This document shows positions 50,001 to 62,696 of a DNA stretch of 64,000 nucleotides, piece after piece; position 1 is the first letter of the stretch; every line of letters begins with the position of its first letter. The notes beneath the pieces were generated by a model that saw only the letters and a program-made list of their open reading frames with translations, was not told where the DNA came from and searched no databases. Source of the stretch: Antedon mediterranea (taxonomy: Eukaryota; Animalia; Echinodermata); contig NC_092680.1 of assembly GCF_964355755.1 (NCBI RefSeq), positions 5,456,001-5,520,000 of the forward strand, in the 5' to 3' direction. Position numbers and translations under genes: made by a program.

Positions 50001-53000
50001 GCTAATTTGGCCTACATACGATTATTTTATTTCCAGACCAGAAGATGAATCAGGTATATATATATATATTATGGATTTCAATATTTGCAGCAATAATGTT
50101 TTACTAAAGGGTTTGTATAGGTATTATATAGATTTACGTATGCAAAAAATGCGAAATCCAAAAATGGCTTTCATTTATTTTTTATTGTTTTTATCTTTTT
50201 CCTTCTGGCTTGAGAAACCTTGGTCTTTTTTTTTTTAAATATCCACACATTGGAAATCCAACTGCCATAGTGTTTTTTTAAAATATTTTTTAATCTGGGA
50301 ATAAATCCTTTCTTTGTATGCCTTATAGATTATACTTTATATATTACTTTATGGAATTTGTAAATTATTTTTTTTGTTTATTGCTTAAAAAACAAAAAAC
50401 AAATGGACCAGTCGCAATATAGTTAATATGGCAGAATACAATACCACCAGAATACATACTTCATTTCTTCTGTTGCAGTGATAGGATTGAAACCATTGCC
50501 ACCAACATGTCAATTCTCGTTTAAGTTACCTATTGATGTCAATTCTAAAATGTCACCAGACGCCAAACTTCTAATTTACTACGCTCGTGAGGATGGAGAA
50601 ATTGTTGCCGATTCAATTAAATTTAAAGTTGTCAGAGGTCTATCTAATCAGGTATTTTTGTCAGCTGAAACTGATCAGAATCCCGGTTGATCAAGAATTT
50701 TGAAATAATAAGAGTACCCAGGCTTAAAACAATTAATCTAATAATTATGTTTTTTTAATTGTTTTTAATGGTTTCCTCTCAAATCTATATAGGTAGGCAG
50801 GAGGGACAGCATGGGTATTTAGTATCCCATATATTTTATGGTTTTATATTTTTCATGATAATAAAAAATCTACGACGCGGTCACATTCATCTACAATACT
50901 ATTATTATTGAAATTCACCATTTAACGAACTTTTTGAAAAAATTGTAACATTCATTACACAAATAGGTTAAATTACAATTTGAAGAAAATATGACAAGGC
51001 CTGGAGACAAAACAATACTTCGTGTTCAGTCATCATCAAATTCACTGTGTGCTATTGGAATCGTAGATAAAAGTGTTGAACTCCTTGGAACAACTAACCA
51101 AATTACCAATGATAAGGTGAGTTTCTATGTTTTTGCTTTCATTAATGGATCCTGTTTCTTAATAGGAAACGTTTCTATCCTTCAGCTTTTATGCCTTTTA
51201 GTGGTTTCAATTAGGAATAATGTATTATAAGAACACGTTAATACGTTTATCGGACAAAATAATCCACGGCTTTACATTTGCTCATAAAAAATAGATAGTT
51301 TGTTTTTAGTAAACCCTCACCCCCACTTTTTTAATTTTTATACAGAAAAATTCAGTTGCAAATTCTAAACTCTAGATGTTTACATTTATTCCACACAGGT
51401 ATTCAATTCTTTAACAAACTATTCATATCAAAACTTTTACTACACTTCAAAATGTACTCGTAGCTTATTCATAAATAAACGATCAGAAGGCACTCCTACT
51501 CCACCACCACCTTCGAAGAGAGGGCACTTTTATCAAACTATTTACGTCAAAACGAAACATTTGGATAGTGCAACTGTTTTCTTGGTAAGTAAGATATATA
51601 TTTTAAACTAGTACTGTACTAACTATGGCGAAGCAAGGCAAACAGAGCGTAAGGGACCATAGTGGTCATTTAAGAGAGATGGCCGTTTACCAGAGGTGGT
51701 CAATTATGAGGTCCCTTACAAGCTTGAGGTGTGGTACTTTAAAAGATGTGGTTCCTCACAAGAGGTAGTGGTCGGTTACGAGAGCTGGTCGATAATAATA
51801 TAAGACGCGGTCTCTTACAAGAGGTGGTCGGTTATGTCGAGAAGCGGTCCCTTAAGAGAGAAGGTGGTCGTTTAAGAGAGGTGATCGTTACAAGAGGTGT
51901 TTGATTATGAGAAGCGGTCCCTTAGGAGAGGTGGTCGGTAATGAGGGTGTTTGCTTACGATGTATGTCGTTTTAGGGAGGTGGTCACTTTTTATGTTACA
52001 TTAGTGGTTAATGTTACATTAGTGGTTGATTTGTGTTACGTTAGTGGTTAATGGGCGTGTAGCGCAGTGTGTTGGACGTTCGACTACTGATCGTGAGATC
52101 GAGGTATAAATGGGAACCTGGTTAGATCATTTGTGTTTGCATTATAGGAGTATGTTTCCATATGTGTTTGATCCCAAAAAAATGACTAGGGTAATAATGT
52201 TTAGGCGCTTATAAATCCAGGATATTATTATTAATGTTACATTAGTGGTTTTGATATTTACGTTATAGTGGGTGATACTTAGTAGTAAGCTCTCTAGTTG
52301 TACACCAATTTATGTACAGTTTTATGATAAATAAAAGTACTTGGTGTACTGTGTTCATCACTACTTTACTTAAATGTTGCACTGAGTATAATTATGCATA
52401 CGACTCTACTTTATTTGTCACTGTTATTTTCAGAATGCTGGTGTTGCGTTTACGACAAGTTTAGATGTGGAAACAAGACCTTGCTATGAAATCACAGGTA
52501 ACTCAGTAGTAGTAAATCTTATGATGAAGACTAATGTGTTAGTTGTGTGGTTTTAACATTTGCTTATCACTTCAAAAATAATTTACAGTGGTGTATCTAG
52601 TAGTATTAGTATTAAAATGAATTAGTGGTATTAGGATAGTATCAAAACATGAGGCGGCGTTTAAATTATATTATTATGGTGACATGGCGGGGCCTTTAGT
52701 AGAATAAAATAAAAACCAGTCCTCCTTGTCATTAAATTTCTTAATTGGACTAAATATTTAATTGCCCCTATTTAGGCCCAAATGGGTTATTCTAATCTAA
52801 GCTTTGTTTTACCTGGTAAAACTTTTTCGACATTTCTGAAATTAAAATAAAATAATAAAATTTTGATTTGAATAAATGTATAGACATTATGTTATTTTGT
52901 TTTTTTTTTTTTTTTGTTTTTTTTTGTACTAACGTTTTTTGTTAGGGTTACATTTTTAAAGAACTTGTGCTTATTTTGTATCCCATTTTATTATCATATT

Positions 53001-55568
53001 ATTTGTATTGTATTTGTATATGTTTTTATATTGATTATGGAATAAAAATGTCGCATATTGATAGTAAATTTGGAATTGTAGTAGACTCCGTAACTAAAGC
53101 AAAACAGATAGCAGCAAATCCAACAGACGAAGTCGAAGTCAAAAAAGAAGAACATGCAGTCAACATAAGAACATATTTTCCAGAAACACTTTTGTGGCAA
53201 ATTAAAAGAACTCGGTAAGAATTCGAAAGTGATTATTGTACATACGCACATACATACATGTGGTAGGGATTTAATTTTTTAGATGGTCAGATATTGGTGT
53301 GTGTGTGTGTGTGTGTGCGTGTGTGTCTCTCTCTTGACAAGATAACGTCAAAACTCAACGGATCTTTACCAAATTTAAACCACAGATAGATATGTGGTCA
53401 CGGACGACTCAATTCAATTTTGGAGATATTCTGAACCAGGATCCCAATTCTGAACTGTTATTTTATTATTAAGTATAGGTAGTACATCGAAACTAGGCTA
53501 CAAGGCGGATTTTTATAACGATTTTTGATCCTGTATCTCTTGTTATTACTCTTGGCGGAGGTTGTGTACCGGTAATGCATCTGTATTCGTAATATTGCTT
53601 ATTGAACATTTTTGTTTTCAACACTAATATAAAAGCTGAAAATAAACTTCCTATGAATAAGGGGAAGCCAATGTCCAGATTCTGGAAGATGTTTGAGATG
53701 ACCGATTCCTCTACATTTGTTAGGGAGATAGTTGTCGCCTCTCAGTTTTCGCGAGCAGGCCCCTTATTTGTATGTCAACATCATGAATGCACGGTGCCTC
53801 AAAACGAATCGGCGACCTTCCACTCTCCTTTTTTGACAGCAAAATGAAATTAAGACTTTTTCATATTACTTTATTTTAAACGAATATTAATAATTGATAT
53901 AGGTAAGAATAAGTACGCCTTGACATAGTACTACTCTTGTCTAAGCATATATTAGCACACCTCCATTTCAGAAATTCTGAATCCGTCTCTGTTTGATACA
54001 ATTTCGATATGATTTGTATGCATAGGATAAATAGTTGAAACTTTTTTTATCTTTTTAAACTTTAAAGTGAAGAAGATGGCGTAGCCAAGTTTGATCTGAA
54101 AGTTCCTGATACGATCACCGATTGGAAAGCAAACGGATTCTGTATATCACCCGACAGTGACATTGGTATTGGAGAAACTACAACATTACGTGCATTTAAA
54201 CCGTTTTTCGTTTCTTTAACGCTTCCTTACTCGGTAATTCGCAACGAAAGTGTTCCATTGAAAGTCACGGTGTTTAACTACCTTGCTGACCAATGTCTTA
54301 TGGTAAGATATGATACATAATATGTATCTTACTTTTTAAATCAATTCGTATGTATATCAGTGTAAAATACAATATTTATAAACACGTGGTAATTACAACA
54401 AAATACTAACTTACACGTGATGTATGAGTACTTTAGTATGCTCTTGGAACCTGTCTAGCAAATATCTGTAATGAAAAGTGATTTTGTTAATGGCATTTAT
54501 TTTTTTAGGTCAAACTTGAGCTCAAGGAAAGTAGTAACTTTACAACATTGGGTAATGACTTTACACGTAAAGTGTGCGTTTGTGGAGGTGGGTCAAAGAC
54601 TGTCCATTACAGAATAGTATCACATACACTTGGACATGTTCCCATGACAGGTAATTTTCTTTTGTACACTACACCATTTCAAAAATTGCGCAAAACATGA
54701 AATCAATATGATACTATGAAATGGTTTAAATTATTGTAATGAAATATTGAACTAATTGTAATTAATTTACAATATAATATAAATTTATTTAAAAAATGTA
54801 ATATATAATATTTTCTGCTATGGTTCATTAAAATGTAGTTTCTGCTGTAACCAAGGGTTTCAGTAAAGCACTTGGTCGTAGAATGTGTGACGGTGAACCT
54901 GATCGCCCAGACAAACAATACATTGGCTTGACCGATGGAGTACAGCGTGATTTGCTTGTTGAGGTAAGCGAAAACTAAACATACAAACAATTGCGTATAA
55001 TAATTATATTATTATTATTGCACAACAATTGGTGCATACTAGAATCGGCGTATAACTGCACATACCCAACTACCCATACCATAAAGCGTGCTTACCACTA
55101 ACTGCCCATACACCAACTGCGCATATCACTAACTGAGCATACCACTAACTGCGTATTCCACTAACTGCGCATACCACATTGCATTTTCCTATCTTTCTAA
55201 CCTCCATTCATTACTCTATGTTATTGTATTTCAGTTTATTCTCATGTTACACACTGTACTAATATATCTAGAAATTAAAACTTTGTGTGTATTTTTTGTT
55301 AGCCTGAAGGGATAGAAAAGGATGAAACGCAGTCATCAGTTATATGTTTAAGCAGCAATGAAACGAACGAAAAAGGAAGCTATAAAGTAAACTTCCCTGA
55401 AAACATTGTACCTGGATCGGACAGAGTGAAATTACAATTAATTGGTAGGCCTATGTTCGTATGTGTTTGTAACAAAACGACGAGAACGATTGCGATCATT
55501 ATCTGATCATCAGGAATGAAAATCTGTTTCTGTGAAGGTCACATGAACCCCATATTGAACCTAAAACC

Positions 55569-55618
<50 letters not shown>

Positions 55619-58600
55619 CCCACAATACTTGCATTCACTCAATTTTAATAATTACAATGCACACAATTTAGTATATTCTCATTCTACGTCATATCCGCCT
55701 ATGTTCTTTTCAATATAATGTAAAGCGTCGGTGTAGGCTATACATAAATTCATTATAATGTATTCAATTTGAAAATGCTAATACGTTTGCGTGATACATA
55801 TATTTTTGTAGGAGATATAATGGGACCAGCTCTCAACAACATGAATCATCTAATCCGGTTACCAACTGGTTGTGGAGAACAGAATATTGTAAAAATGGCG
55901 CCAAACGTTTACGTCTTAAAATACCTTATAAACACAGGTCAAATCGAGGCTCGGCTAAAACAAACGATAGTTAACAACATAAGAGCAGGTGAGTTAATTG
56001 TTTCACAACCTACTGTGTGTTTGTTTCCTAAAATGAGATTTACAGCTACTTGTATACAATTTTAAAATAAAGGTTAATATTGTTCTACAACACTCACTAA
56101 TTTCAAATTTTCTTAATATTTTTGGAGAAACCATTCTCCGTCCTCAGCGGGTGTTGCCTGACTGAAGACTGATTGACTCCCTCCTTCTGGACGTAGATGG
56201 CGTCCTACGTGGTGTTTCTATTAGAGAGTCATAGACTTTGAAAGTTATCTGTATAAATATATAAATAGCCTCCCGTATTTTCCTGAGAATTAATTTGTCC
56301 TCTCGGCATAAAATCTTGACGTTAGAATTATCAATTTCGTAGCCTGTGGGTTTAAGGTGTTCAGCAATGGCAGACTGAATGGAGGGGGTTATTGCAATAT
56401 GTTCTAAATACGTTCCCTCAAAGACCTCTTTGTTTCGCCTATGTACACTTTGTCACAGCCTTTACAAGGAAGACGATAAACTAATCCTGATTTATCCTCA
56501 ATGGATAGGAGCGACAAGAATTTGACGAAGTGTCTGATGTGGTTTAAAGGCGGTGGGGGTACCGTATTGTCCATAAACCCGTTTAAGTTGCTCGAATATA
56601 CATTTAACGAAAGGAATCACCACCAGGATTTTTCTAGTACTAGATGTAGAAAGTTCTAGATTTGAATTCCGCTGGTGACTGGTGTTTCTTTACCGTGGCA
56701 CGCTTAAAACTCCAAATCTGCGTATCCACAGCGTTTTAATGCCGATTTAACATGTTTAATTTATTGTCTTTATCAACCTGATGTGTGACCACAGTATCAG
56801 CTCCATCAAAAAGAGTCCTAATCACACTAAGTTTGTGCTCTAGTGGGTGATGGGAGTCAAAGGCCAGGTATTGGTCAGTGTGAGTTGGTTTTCTATACAC
56901 ACTGACCTCTAACCTCCCATCGAATTGTCTTTTCACAAGCGTATCAAGAAAGGGCAACCGTCCGTCTTTTTCAGGATCGTTAGTGAACTTTATGTGTGGA
57001 TTCTGGCTGTTAATATGTTCAGTAAATTCTTAAATTTTGGATCTGTCGATAATCACATAAGTGTCGTCCACGTATTGAAACCACACTTTCGGACCACTTT
57101 TCGCAGATTTTAGAGCTTTAAGTTCAAAATCTTCGATATACATGTTCGCGATGATTGGACTAACAGGAGACCCCATAGCGCAACCATGATCTTTCAAAAG
57201 TCTATGACTCTCCAATAGAAACACCAAGTAGGACGCCACCTACGTCCAGAAGTAGGGAGTCAATTTAGTCGCTGAGGAAGCCAAAAAATAAATTACGAAA
57301 ATTTGAAATTAGTGAGTGTTGTAGAACAGTATTAACCTTTATTTTAATATTTTCCACCGATGCAGCCCAATCGAAACATTACGATTTTCCAAGCATTCGA
57401 GAACCAGGATAAAGTATGTGAACTGTGTTGAGCAATGTGCTCTATTGATAAGATATGCTTCTCTGATTTAAAGATGTATCTTATTGTATTGAAATGAGAG
57501 AGGTAGACAGAAAACAATTAAAAAAATTATTTAATTCTAGGCTATCAACGAGAGCTGAATTATCGCAGACAAGATGGATCATATAGTGCTTTTGGTCAAT
57601 CCGACTACGACGGTAGTACCTGGTAAGTTGTTGAAGAGCTGATTGACAAGTATACAAGAAAAATAAACAAAAATATGTAAATGTGTTCTTCTATTACCAC
57701 AATTATTGCATACATGCAAACAAATATTTTTTTTAATGAATTAGAGTAAGTAGATACAAATGTTGAATTCTCAATATACCTGGATTTTTCTTTTAAAATA
57801 ACAATAATCATTATATCTATAGGTTAACAGCGTTCGTATTAAGAACGTTTGCAGAATCTGATGAATTCATTGAAATAGATAGCAACCTAATGAGAGAGAG
57901 TCTGTCGTGGTTAATAAACCAACAAAAGAAGAAAACAGGTTGTATCATGTCAAGAGGAACTCTATTTAACAAGGCTATGAAGGTATGCCTAGGCCTATTT
58001 GACGTCTTACACAAACGAATGCATAAAGCAAAGTTGTTCAGAATATTTGGTAGCACTTTTAAACAGCTTTAAGCATAGCACATTCATTTCGTCCTCAATG
58101 TAATGACATCGACTTCAATATCTAGGCCTACTTAGGGCGAATGATATTCAGTATAACTTTCACTTTTTCTCATTTTTCGATAGGGTGGTGTTTCAGATGA
58201 AATAACGTTGACCGCATATACTTTGATAACAATGACTGAAGCTGTTGGTCAGAAGTTGGTAAATATTAAGTTTATTGTCTAAATAATTTATAAAAGAACA
58301 TAATCCAAAGCATTCAAATAGGTAATTTTTTTATATTCTTTCATTATTATTTCTCAGAACAGAGGTATTGATCTGGCCAGTAAATGTCTTGTCAATCGAT
58401 GGGATGACATTGATTCGGGTATTCGGAATGACCCTTATTCGGTTGCATTGCTGGCGTACGCATTCAAACTCTCTAAGAACGTCCGTTATCACGAAGTGCT
58501 TAGCCAATTAAATGAACTTGCAATTGAAGAAAGTAAGATTCAATATAATTATCCTTTAAAGAAATAATCTCTACAATTATTGCTTTGTCAATTTCAAAAT

Positions 58601-61428
58601 AAATATAATAGTTAAACATTTACATTATTTTAACAGATGGATTGAAACACTGGGAACGTCCTGAAGGTCTAAGACCTAAGAACACATGTTATTACTGCCG
58701 AGCATCTTCAGCGGAGGTAGAAATGACTGCTTACGCTCTTTTAGCGCTTGATTTAGAAGTTGGCGCCGACCAAATAGAAGCATTAAAGATCTCTAAATGG
58801 CTTATTAAACAACAAAATGCCAATGGTGGATATTCGTCTACCCAGGTTTGTACAGTCATCACTTTATTGTTACTTAGGTAAAAGGTAAGGTCGAAACCTA
58901 AGCTAATGCGGCCGTGGTGCCCATCTCCATTTCTTTGGGCCAGACTCCACTAATTGTGTAGGTTTGTGGGAGGTACGCCACTCCTCCCGCACAAACGAGT
59001 ATGATTTACCTTCCCATTACTTACATACCGGTACCCATTTCTATCACCGGGGTGGAGAGGAACAATGTGGATAAAGAATCTTGCTCAAGGACCCAACACT
59101 GCAGTGCACGGGCCGGGGCTTGAACCACCGGCAACCTATTAATTAAGTCCAATGCACTAGCCACTGCACCACAGTGCTCCACATATTGTTACTTAATTAT
59201 GTCGTACCATTGCTAAAAACTAACTCAATAACTTTTTTTTACAATGTATTTAATCTAACAGGACACAGTGATTGCGTTAAAAGCACTGTCATATTTTTCC
59301 GAGGCACTTTACACAGGGGAAACGACCCAGATGAGTATCACAGTGACCTCGTCGGCTGGAGGTGAAACCGAAACATTTGAATTAGACTCCTCTAATCGCC
59401 TGTTACTTCAGAGAATGGACATAGAAAAAGCGCCAACAACGGTTGATATAGAGGCTTCCGGGACTGGGTGTGCTCTTATACAGGTACTATACATATGTAT
59501 ATTATAAAAGAACAAACGAAAATAGAGAAACTCTGAACACAATCTAGTAGAAGTAAAATGAAAAGTGAAAATAAGACACCTAGAAAGTTTCTAGAATTAT
59601 AGTATATATATAATTTTATATATCCTAGGTTCAAACACTCTACAACATCTATGAAAAACCAGAAGTGGAAGTAGAACCATTCAGTATCAGTGTCGAATCA
59701 ATCCCAGATGAAAAGCTGGGATGCCAAAAACAGACTGTCCGAATTACCGTATCGTAAGTTATAATTTATAACAAAACAGTAACGAAGAAAAAAATATTCG
59801 CTGCGTCTCAGGATGCAGATAAAGCAATGATTATAAGGTTGATACACCTGGATACGCCACAAACAGCAAATACTACTGTAGTATAACCTAAAAGTAGATT
59901 TGGACACACAAAAAGATAATAATTATCTATAAAATTATCATTTTTTTCTAATTGTTGATATTCAGTTCAATTTAATTCCACACAATACACAATAACATAC
60001 AGGATAATAAATACAATGAAGTAATCATGTGGGGAGAGGGTCATAAAGTCAGAAAGACTTTAAATTTGACCCACCCCAACATATAACATTACGAATACGA
60101 AAAGAAAACAAAATACATAAACTAATGATAAATAAAAGAAAACAAAGCTACAATTTCTATTTAAACCACTTTATCCAATCTTAACTGGTCTTATGAAATA
60201 CGTTCATCATATCTTGAAAGTAAATAGTTCTTGTAGTATACTAATTTCAATTCGACAGGTACAATGGTGAAGACCAAGTATCCAGTATGTCTATTGTAGA
60301 GGTTAAGCTTGTTTCTGGATATTATGCGGATAAAGATTCACTCAAAAGTCAGGACACACTATCGATAAGTCAGGAAGCAGTGCTTATTAAAACACTTGGA
60401 TTCAAGAGATATGAAGCTAATGGTAACATGCTCGAGTTTTATTTTGATGAGGTAAGTCATTCAAATATAATTAATATACTGTATATTGTTTTAAATGTTG
60501 TGTGTTTTCTATGCCATATATTACTATCTTCTGTATTATAGAATATTAGTTATTGTTATTCCTCCTAAAGCTTGGTTCCCACTAGTGACGCAACGTTACG
60601 CAATCTACGCAACGTAAGCAAATGCCCTTCTAATAATTTGCCCCGCCTGCGTGAAATCAAACATGCGATGTTTGCAGCCCTATTGCGTCGTAGGTTCCCA
60701 CTTCTGATTACGCAATACATCACTTTGCGTTGCGTTCTAGTGGGAATCACGATTTCTAGGCATACAAATTGCCGATATATGAAATAATTTTTTTGTAAGC
60801 CTACTCAGTTATGTAGAAGAAATAAAATTCATATTCGTTTCAATTTCAGTTTACCTCTGAACCAATAAGTTTTGAATTTGATGTGGTACAAGAATTAAAA
60901 GTAAAGAATTCTAAGCCTGGAATAGTAACCGTGTATGACTATTATGAAGCAGGTAGGACACAATTGTATCAATATTGTATTAAAACAAATATTTATATAC
61001 ATTCAACAAAAATGTATATTGTTGATCCATGTCATACATTCTTGTTATTCTCTCTATTTTTTTATTTTTTATTATCGCCAATTGTTTTCTTTGTTTTAAG
61101 GTGACTAATATTTTTTAAAAAACATATTTTAAAAACATAAATATTCTCCTTCCATACGATTTAATTTATTTATATGTTTCATATTCTGTTTTAATGTGTG
61201 TGAGTTGTGCGGAGATTACATATTAAAAACTAGCAACTTATCCTGCTTACTTACTACCATAGTAGGCGGAAATATAAAAATAAGAAAGATGCTGAATTTG
61301 ATGTTGAGAAGAATGAGGAGAAAAAGAAGAAGATCGTGATGATATTGTATATACATTTAATGGTATTTTGTTTACTTTGTCTTTTTACAGAATTGAAGTC
61401 TGTTAAATCCTACAAGTTTTGTCGGTAG
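44083..61428 (+). CDS. Alpha-2-macroglobulin-like thioester protein, copy 2 (bait-exon acceptor uncertain)
   Basis: Exon-by-exon paralogue of copy 1; PTGCGEQN at ~55862; same C-terminus KSYKFCR*. Confidence 0.9.
44172..44620 (+). repeat. Coding 21-bp VNTR, roughly 20 units
   Basis: [28 protein letters not shown] units in exon 1 of copy 2. Confidence 0.92.
47675..47853. mobile_element. PIF/Harbinger-like MITE (same family as 11776)
   Basis: Near-identical to 11776-11954; absent from the paralogous intron in copy 1 (~31880). Confidence 0.88.
48300..48636. mobile_element. Probable TTAA-bounded non-autonomous DNA element remnant
   Basis: Starts TTAAAGATGTATTGTCCCC and ends CTTTAA. Absent from copy 1. 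A similar TTGTTCATGTTTTTGGGGACAA segment lies at ~11575-11597. Confidence 0.4.
51655..51990. repeat. Degenerate ~20-bp tandem repeat (GAGAGGTGGTCGNTTA), probably MITE-internal; copy 2 only
   Basis: Direct reading. Confidence 0.7.
52052..52235 (+). mobile_element. Internally deleted tRNA-derived SINE
   Basis: GGGCGTGTAGCGCAGTG head, GGTATAAATGGGAACC core and TATTATTATT tail. TAATGTTACATTAGTGGTT occurs both upstream (52009-52027) and downstream (52231-52249). Confidence 0.5.
53296..53590 (+). mobile_element. 5'-truncated HINE-like element of the (GT)n / CTTGGCGGAGGT type
   Basis: (GT)n, CAAGATAAC...CAACGGATCTTTACCAAATTT and terminal CTTGGCGGAGGT; copy 2 only. Confidence 0.5.
55573..55616. repeat. 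(TAA)n microsatellite, expanded in copy 2 only
   Basis: Direct reading; the copy 1 site at ~38262 has no run. Confidence 0.95.
56062..57347 (-). mobile_element. Penelope-like retroelement, 5'-truncated and decayed, with inverted terminal repeats
   Basis: RT motifs [27 protein letters not shown] and [12 protein letters not shown]; GIY-YIG-type [21 protein letters not shown] at ~56430-56490; 56062-56244 is the reverse complement of ~57192-57347. Absent from copy 1 (~38725). Confidence 0.93.
58878..59180 (-). mobile_element. tRNA-derived SINE, paralogous to 40315-40628
   Basis: Same intron and position in copy 2. Confidence 0.8.
60569..60753. mobile_element. PIF/Harbinger-like MITE, paralogous to 41960-42149
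   Basis: Same TIRs and intron position. Confidence 0.75.
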
Positions 61429-61770
61429 TCACTTTACCACCAGTATATGAAAGATGCTACTAACCAGTAGATTAGTTAAAAACATAATAATTGTTCAATA
61501 AAGTTTTCTATGATTAAATTTACAGTTAATCTTTGATGAGACTACTATCTTCCTCTTTTCTTTAATATTGTTAATTGTAACCCTTCGACATAATCGTAAA
61601 GTGGAAAATGATAGTTATAAAACAAAACGTTTCCAAACTAGTCCAGTTCTTTTTATGGTTGAACTTTTGAACAAAATTTAACTTATTTATTTTTGCTTGT
61701 ATTTTTTTTACGTAACTGCAGTCTAACTTATTCGTATTTATATTTTGTTGATTGTGTCTATGGTTTAAAT

Positions 61771-61904
61771 TTTTTTGGTCGCGTGGACGTGACTCTATAG
61801 TTCACTATGTCGGTCGGTCGGTCTCTCTGTCGGTCTGTCTGTCTGTCTGTCGGTCCGGTATCACTATGCGTTTTAGCACGCGACTTATGGCTGTTGGCCT
61901 TGTT
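61771..61904 (+). mobile_element. HINE/DINE-1-like element, short form (duplicated with the intergenic region)
   Basis: Near-identical to 43161-43295. Confidence 0.7.
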
Positions 61905-62696
61905 AATTGTGTGATACATATGCAATTCAGCCATGTGCTGCCATGTACGTATGTACTTTTTATGTGAATTTTGAATAAATATACCAAGATGTGATGCCTA
62001 TTACGTCATTAAAGATATCTAATAACAATGGAGGTGATCGATCCAATAGTATAGTGTATCTTACACTTATATTCTCATTGTATTGTAACACTTTTCATTC
62101 ATTTATTAATTCATTTGATCAAAATCACATACAACAAGTAACAGGTTCATGAATAAAACAGCATTAAAAACAACATATAAAACAATAAAAATATATGCAA
62201 TAATTAAGATTATACATTTTGGAAATGATATAAATAATTAAGATATTTAAAAACCGTATAAAACTATATGTTTACAATATTGAAATATTGGATGGAACAT
62301 TTCCCTCTCCCAAAACAAAACATTTCAGAAATACTTCTTCTATAATCTTTTCCCTATTTAAAAAAAATTGACTGAAATGAAACCTTTTAAAAGATAGAAA
62401 TAATAAAAAAAGAAATTGACTGTTTATTTTGGAAAGGAACTGAAGTCCCACTATGTAGGAGGTATATTAATTGTAGCATGAATTAGTACATAAAACAGTG
62501 TCGACTATAACTTTTAATAACATCCGATATGCAGACCTAGAATTTTTGGAGGTACCTTAAGGCTTACTCTGACGTAAATCTTCAACTACCGATTACTACC
62601 GCTGTGACCTTTTAATTTGTCGGTAAGCCTATATAAAGCCACCTCAGAAAGTCATCACCCGTTGATTGGTATACAGTACTTGGATCCCGGTCAAAG

